Made by a program: the position numbers and the translations under genes. Of a stretch of DNA of 64,000 nt, positions 59,954 through 64,000 are shown one piece after another. The notes under the pieces were generated by a model. The model was not told where the DNA came from, ran no database searches, and saw only the letters and a list, made by a program, of their open reading frames with translations. Source of the DNA: an uncultured Smithella sp. (GTDB lineage: Bacteria; Desulfobacterota; Syntrophia; Syntrophales; Smithellaceae); assembly GCA_964539765.1 (NCBI GenBank), contig CAZIJZ010000001.1, positions 52,248 through 116,247 of the forward strand. The letters are read 5' to 3'. Numbering within the stretch: the stretch's first letter is position 1; each line of letters starts with the position of its first letter.

Positions 59954-60451
59954 ATGATTATGGAAATGAAAAAAGTAAAAATAGGCGTGATTTCCGACAC
60001 TCATCTGGAACATTATGATGAAAAGATGAAAGAAAGCCTGGAAAACTATTTCAGCGAAACGGATTTCATTCTGCACGCCGGTGATATTGTTGATTTAAAA
60101 GTTCTGGACATGTTCGGGAACAAGGAAGTAAAAGCGGTATGCGGCAATATGGATAATTATGCCGTCAGAAAGAAATTGCCGGAGTATTTGCTTTTTGAGA
60201 TAAACGGATTTAAATTATTACTGATTCATGGATGGGGATCTCCCTGGGGACTGGAAGAAAAGATATCGGCACGGTTCCCGGATGCAGAGTGTGTGGTTTA
60301 CGGACACACGCATAAACCGGCGAATCATATGAAAAACAAGGTGTTCTTTTTCAATCCAGGTTCGGCGGCGGATAGATTTTTCAACTCTTCCAAAACCATT
60401 GGCATATTGGAAATTGACACAGAAATAAAAGGTAAAATAATTAAAATCTGA
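59954..60451 (+). CDS. YfcE/MJ0936-family metallophosphoesterase
   Basis: 165 aa. ISDTH, HAGD and GHTH motifs. Confidence 0.8.
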   Translation: MIMEMKKVKIGVISDTHLEHYDEKMKESLENYFSETDFILHAGDIVDLKVLDMFGNKEVKAVCGNMDNYAVRKKLPEYLLFEINGFKLLLIHGWGSPWGLEEKISARFPDAECVVYGHTHKPANHMKNKVFFFNPGSAADRFFNSSKTIGILEIDTEIKGKIIKI

Positions 60452-60524
60452 TGAGCGGCAATGACCTGTGGTCGATTGCACGGAAATTGCCGAACTTTTT
60501 AAGGTTAGGCGGACTGGATTGAAT

Positions 60525-61010
60525 ATGGAAACGATTTTTGCTCCCGGGCGCATGGAGTATATTAAGGGGGATAAACCGGACGGTTGTGTCTTCTGTAAAT
60601 GTTCTATCAGATGTGACGAATATATTTTATTCGAAGGTAAAACAGCCTATGTCATGATGAACAAATATCCGTATGTTAACGGACATCTGATGATCATTCC
60701 TCAGAGACATATCGGGAAAATCGAAGATCTGACCGAGGAAGAACGCAAGGAAATCTTCGATCTGCTGGAAGCGTCGATCAAGGCGCTTAAAGACGCCATG
60801 AATCCCGGCGGATTCAACATAGGCGCCAATATCGGCAAGGCGGCGGGGGCCGGTGTTGAAGAACATTTTCATGTGCATGTCATTCCGCGCTGGGAGGGCG
60901 ATACAAATTTTATGAGCGTCGTGACAAATGTCCGGGTCATTCCGGAGACCGTGGAGACCACCGCGGCCAATCTGATGCCTCTTTTTAAAAAATATTGCCG
61001 GAAGGAGTAA
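60525..61010 (+). CDS. HIT-family nucleotide hydrolase/phosphorylase
   Basis: HFHVHVIPR histidine triad. The start is at ATG 60525; the track ORF runs from 60468. Confidence 0.8.
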   Translation: METIFAPGRMEYIKGDKPDGCVFCKCSIRCDEYILFEGKTAYVMMNKYPYVNGHLMIIPQRHIGKIEDLTEEERKEIFDLLEASIKALKDAMNPGGFNIGANIGKAAGAGVEEHFHVHVIPRWEGDTNFMSVVTNVRVIPETVETTAANLMPLFKKYCRKE

Positions 61011-61013
61011 GGA

Positions 61014-61319
61014 ATGAGAATAGTTTATTTGATTCTTGTTATTCTTTTTTCTTTTTTTATTGTGACTTTTTCTCTGGAAAATCAGACGAAAATCCACTTG
61101 CAGTACTATCAATATCTGAACATCAATGTCCCTACGTATATGCTTATTTTTGCCTCTCTCCTCTTCGGCGTGATTATTACGGCTTTCTGGGGGATTGTGG
61201 AACGCTTTCGTTTAAATCGCACAATCAGACGCCTGAATAAACTTGTTCGCGAAATGCGTAAGGAAAATTACGCGAATGAAAAAACGCCGATGATTGATGA
61301 CTTTAAAAAACCGCAATAA
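61014..61319 (+). CDS. lapA: LapA-domain (DUF1049) inner-membrane protein
   Basis: 101 aa. Two TM helices followed by a basic coiled segment, as in LapA. Confidence 0.55.
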   Translation: MRIVYLILVILFSFFIVTFSLENQTKIHLQYYQYLNINVPTYMLIFASLLFGVIITAFWGIVERFRLNRTIRRLNKLVREMRKENYANEKTPMIDDFKKPQ

Positions 61320-61812
61320 TATCGAATCTTCTTTGCCGGAAGAATTGAAATTTCTTGCCGACGCTTCGCTTGCCGGGCTGGCCAGATGGCTGCGTATTAC
61401 GGGGTATGACACGACTGTTTTTGATCAGGAGGCCGGACGGAACATGCTGCGCATGGCGGAGAAAGAAGGCCGGATCGTGCTGACCAGAAGACGGGATATG
61501 ATGGATCGTCAGTTTTCCGGCTCCCTTTTTTTAATAACGGAAATCGAAGTCGGCAGACAGCTCAAAAGTGTTATCAAAAAATTTTCTCTCCGTATAGAAA
61601 AGCAGAAAATGTTCGGAATTTGTCTGGTGTGCAATACGAAGCTTCATCCCGTGGACAGGGAAGAAATTCGCGATGGGGTGCCTTCTTATGTTTTTGAAAA
61701 TTGCTTCAAGTACACACAGTGCCCCCATTGCGGGAAGATTTACTGGATGGGAACGCATCCGCGGAACGCTCTGCGGTTCATGGAGAGGCACATTCCGAAT
61801 CATCTCCCTTAA
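61294..61812 (+). CDS. Mut7-C (DUF82) PIN-like RNase domain protein with zinc ribbon
   Basis: 172 aa. D.sL..LarWLR..GyD, then C..C...CP.CG.iYW motif. Confidence 0.7.
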   Translation: MMTLKNRNNIESSLPEELKFLADASLAGLARWLRITGYDTTVFDQEAGRNMLRMAEKEGRIVLTRRRDMMDRQFSGSLFLITEIEVGRQLKSVIKKFSLRIEKQKMFGICLVCNTKLHPVDREEIRDGVPSYVFENCFKYTQCPHCGKIYWMGTHPRNALRFMERHIPNHLP

Positions 61813-62269
61813 TTTTTTCAATGGCGTGTTTCAGCGCCGGCAGGACTACCGCAAGATTTTCTCTGACGCTTTTGGGGCTTCCGGGAAGATTCAATATCAT
61901 GCTTTTTCCGCGAATTCCCGCCACAGCGCGGGAAATCATGGCATGGGGCGTAATCAGCATGCTCTGATGGCGCATGGCTTCCGCCATGCCGGGGATTTGC
62001 TTGTCGATGACTTCCAGCGTGGCATCGGGAGTCAAATCACGCGGGCTGACACCGGTGCCTCCGGTGGTTAGAATTAAATCCAGTTTTTTGACGTCGGAAA
62101 AATCAACGATGGCGTTCTTGATCTCATCTTTTTCATCCGGAATGATGATAGTGCTTTTAATTTCAATGGCGGCGCCCACAAGCATTTCTGCGATTGCGGG
62201 GCCGCTTAAATCTTCGCGTTTGCCTTGAGAGCCTTTGTCACTGACCGTGATAATTCCGGCGCTGATCAT
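61778..62269 (-). CDS. mogA: Molybdopterin adenylyltransferase MogA/MoaB family
   Basis: ITVSDKG...LILTTGGTGVSPRDLTPDAT motif. The start is at ATG 62269; the track ORF extends to 62320. Confidence 0.75.
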   Translation of the reverse strand: MISAGIITVSDKGSQGKREDLSGPAIAEMLVGAAIEIKSTIIIPDEKDEIKNAIVDFSDVKKLDLILTTGGTGVSPRDLTPDATLEVIDKQIPGMAEAMRHQSMLITPHAMISRAVAGIRGKSMILNLPGSPKSVRENLAVVLPALKHAIEKIKGDDSECASP

Positions 62270-62285
62270 GAGCTTATTCCCGTGA

Positions 62286-64000
62286 TTATTCTTCTTCTTT
62301 ATCTTTCTTATACGCGGCAATGATTTTTTCAGCGATAAAAGCCGGAACTTCTTCGTAGTGAGAATGCGTATAAGTAAAATTACCCCTGCCGCTGGTCATG
62401 GAACGAAGATCGGGTGCATATTTCAGGATTTCCGCTAGCGGAACCTGCCCTTTGATGATCTGATTGGAACCGTTGGAATCCATTCCCTGGACGCGGCCGC
62501 GCCTGCTGTTTAAATCTCCAATCACGTCGCCCATGTATTCATCCGGTATTTCTATTTCGATATTCACTATTGGTTCCAGAAGAATCGGCTGACAGTCCAT
62601 AACGCCCTTTTGAAAGGCCATGGAACCGGCAATTTTAAAAGCCATTTCCGAGGAGTCAACTGCGTGATACGATCCGAATGTCAGCGCTATTTTAAAATCT
62701 ACCACAGGATAGCCGGCGAGTACGCCTTTTACCGCCGCTTCCACAATGCCTTTTTCGACGGCCGGACGATATTGTCCCGGAATAACACCACCGACTATTT
62801 TGTCATGAAACTCAAAACCGCCGCCGCGGGGGAGGGGCTCGATATCAATCCAGCAATCGCCGAACTGACCGCGTCCACCGGATTGTTTTTTGTATTTGCC
62901 CTGAACGTTGGTTTTTCCCTTGATGGTTTCTTTATAGGGAATCTTGGGCGTGTTTAAGTTTACTTCGACGCCGAATTTTCTTTTCATCTTCTCAATATTG
63001 ACTTCGATATGCACCTGACCCATTCCGGAAAGAATCATTTCCTTGGTCTCAACATTGCGGGTATATACGATGGTCGGGTCTTCTTCCGTCAGGCGGTGAA
63101 TCGATGATGCAATTTTGTCTTCATCACCTCTTGTTTTCGGTTCCATCGCGTAAGACATGATGGGTGGCGGAACGGCTACTTTTTCAAAAATGATCGGAGA
63201 TTTATCATTGCACAGAGTATCTCCGGTCACTGTTTCTTTTAATTTGGCCACGCCGGCAATGTCGCCCGGGATCAGAACGTCCGCCTGCTTTTGATTTTTA
63301 CCTTCAAGGTAGAAGACATGACCGAATTTTTCCGTAATTTTTCTTGATGAGTTGTAAACTGGCGTATCTGAATTCAGCGTGCCGGAATAAACGCGGAACA
63401 AGGTTAATCTTCCTGCGTAAGGGTCGGCGATCGTTTTGAACACTATTGCCGAGAAAGGAGCGTCTTCCGACGGTTGCCTTTCTTCGATGTCGTCCGTTTT
63501 GGGTTTCTTGCCTTTTACGGGACCGCGATCAACGGGGGAAGCGAAAGCGTCAACGGCCAGATCAAGCAGTAAAGAAACACCGATTCCTTTCATGGCAGAG
63601 CCGCAAAGAACCGGAATGAGACTGCCGGAAGAAACGCCTTTTTTCAACCCGGCTTTTAATTCTTCATCGGAAAGTTCGCCGGCTTCCAGATACTTATTCA
63701 TCAGATCATCATCCGCTTCGGCAATGTCTTCCACCATCGAGTCGCGCATCATTTTTACATCGTCTTTCATTTCCGCGGGGATATCGACAGCTTTTCCGGC
63801 GCCTTTATTGTCGCTGAACATGTAAGCTTTCATATTTATCAAATCAACAATGCCGTTTAATTTGTCTTCAGAACCTATCGGCAGGCAGACAGGCGTAGAT
63901 TTCTTTTTGAATTTGGTCTTAATACTGTCCAGCGCCGTATTGAAGTTGGCGCGTTCACGATCCAGTCTGTTGATGAAAATAATGCGGGGCAGTTTGAACT
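62286..64000 (-). CDS. fusA: Second elongation factor G paralogue, 3' portion (gene runs off the right edge)
   Basis: The frame is open to 64000 (..FKLPRIIFINRLDRERANF.. = NKxD region). Domains II-V are present. The track M at 63842 is an internal TTG. Confidence 0.8.
   Translation of the reverse strand, partial: FKLPRIIFINRLDRERANFNTALDSIKTKFKKKSTPVCLPIGSEDKLNGIVDLINMKAYMFSDNKGAGKAVDIPAEMKDDVKMMRDSMVEDIAEADDDLMNKYLEAGELSDEELKAGLKKGVSSGSLIPVLCGSAMKGIGVSLLLDLAVDAFASPVDRGPVKGKKPKTDDIEERQPSEDAPFSAIVFKTIADPYAGRLTLFRVYSGTLNSDTPVYNSSRKITEKFGHVFYLEGKNQKQADVLIPGDIAGVAKLKETVTGDTLCNDKSPIIFEKVAVPPPIMSYAMEPKTRGDEDKIASSIHRLTEEDPTIVYTRNVETKEMILSGMGQVHIEVNIEKMKRKFGVEVNLNTPKIPYKETIKGKTNVQGKYKKQSGGRGQFGDCWIDIEPLPRGGGFEFHDKIVGGVIPGQYRPAVEKGIVEAAVKGVLAGYPVVDFKIALTFGSYHAVDSSEMAFKIAGSMAFQKGVMDCQPILLEPIVNIEIEIPDEYMGDVIGDLNSRRGRVQGMDSNGSNQIIKGQVPLAEILKYAPDLRSMTSGRGNFTYTHSHYEEVPAFIAEKIIAAYKKDKEEE

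Overview
This is a dense 64-kb chromosomal segment with about 60 protein-coding genes. I recognised no rRNA, tRNA, CRISPR array, transposase or phage gene. The gene content includes rubrerythrin, a flavoredoxin-like protein, class III RNR nrdDG behind tandem NrdR boxes, an FTR-like/glutaredoxin-like pair, orphan EF-G paralogues, and the kdsAC-lptCAB-rpoN-hpf-ptsN-rapZ cluster. Together with an AT-leaning composition, this suggests an anaerobic Desulfobacterota (Desulfobacterales-like) genome; that is inference only. Most of the window is ordinary housekeeping: nadA, mscL, lepA, hemW, adk, cmk-rpsA-sppA-ihfB, rpiB, xerD, coaBC, ligA, mogA. Four things stand out. (1) An unannotated family of modular hairpin repeats occurs in five intergenic clusters (about 11.4, 22.1, 23.8, 28.9 and 31.1-31.5 kb). 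Its stem changes are compensatory, and copies contribute an N-terminal coding segment, a C-terminal tail and stop codons to neighbouring genes. (2) A repeat-partitioned minus-strand island lies at about 28.5-32.3 kb. It contains a two-gene cassette of unknown function whose 217-aa product carries an R-N-x3-H motif resembling HEPN RNases, so it is a candidate toxin or defence module. The island also holds a twin-hairpin doublet with three covarying base pairs, and a free-standing Cys-rich sigma-70 region-4 protein next to a thiol-redox gene pair. (3) One gene encodes a 1682-aa Ser/Thr kinase / STAND-type P-loop / helical-repeat / GAF / GGDEF signalling protein. (4) Two EF-G paralogues sit outside any ribosomal operon. 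All family assignments come from reading motifs by eye. No database search, HMM or composition statistic was run.
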